A stretch of 62,807 nucleotides of DNA, the filler included, from Pirum gemmata (lineage: Eukaryota), in assembly GCA_002812295.1 (NCBI GenBank). It is 14 parts of 14 records of this genome, joined end to end, with 100 filler letters (N's around TTAATTAATTAA, not from the genome) between each part and the next. Parts side by side here need not be neighbours in the genome. Positions count along the whole stretch, not along the records: positions 58,430 to 62,807 come from PDIN01001237.1; 13 more parts are not named here. The stretch is one strand, 5' to 3'. Shown one piece after another: positions 62,513-62,807 of this stretch. How positions within the stretch are numbered: the first letter of the stretch is position 1; each line of letters opens with the position of its first letter. The notes below the pieces were generated by a model, which worked only from the letters and a program-made list of their open reading frames with translations, was not told the origin of the DNA and did not search any database. The position numbers and the translations under genes are program-made.

Positions 62513-62741
62513 CAGCCAAGTCAGATAAAACTGTAGAAACCATTGACTTCTTTTCTAAAACTTTTAATTATGAACAGCCAAATGTTTTTAAAGAACTAGA
62601 TATTGGTTCATAATAGAGTTTTACTAGTCAGACAATTTTTAAACATTTGGTAGTACTTTTATTAAAATTGGTTGCTTTTGATATTTTTTGCATTTTTGCG
62701 CTCATATAGGCAGATATCGTCATTTTTATCCGGTTTGGTAG
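62513..62741 (-). mobile_element. MITE family C copy (reverse)
   Basis: T-run TTAA|CAGCCAAGTCAGATAAAACTGTAG...TTTTTATCCGGTTTGGTAG|TTAA A-run. Confidence 0.85.
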
Positions 62742-62807
62742 TTAAAAAAAAAACAAAAAAAAGATCAATAATCAAACCAATAATCAGTTGTAAATCCCAC
62801 CTTTTTT

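Overview
This window is not a continuous locus. It is 14 unrelated contigs of about 4.1-5.0 kb joined by 13 artificial 100-nt spacers (N44-TTAATTAATTAA-N44), so adjacency across spacers means nothing. The DNA is from a very AT-rich, intron-rich eukaryote with GT-AG introns and TTAGGG-type telomeric repeats. An opisthokont is plausible but is inference only. Genes reconstructed by hand: a complete 7-exon dephospho-CoA kinase (238 aa, C-terminal membrane anchor), a partial Aa_trans amino acid transporter with a candidate 12-nt microexon, first coding exons of complex I subunit NDUFB9 and of a La-motif (LARP7-like) protein, a 2-exon unknown protein, several orphan exons, and two intronless genes for secreted precursors (323 aa and 70 aa). 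Non-coding DNA is dominated by at least six families of small TIR elements (MITEs), microsatellites, a ~100/113-bp satellite and many short interstitial telomeric repeats. Best leads: (1) a 70-aa prepropeptide predicted to release a two-Cys, Arg-rich, possibly amidated peptide DPCDARGRRRRRCL(G); (2) a head-to-head (TTAGGG)n(CCCTAA)n insertion inside an otherwise intact MITE, suggesting telomerase acted on both ends of a break before re-ligation; (3) a MITE carrying a Cys-rich gene-like fragment; (4) widespread CTAG and short-motif 'echo' patches that may be repair scars. Most ORFs in the supplied track are simple-repeat artefacts. All homology calls come from recognising motifs by eye, not from searches.
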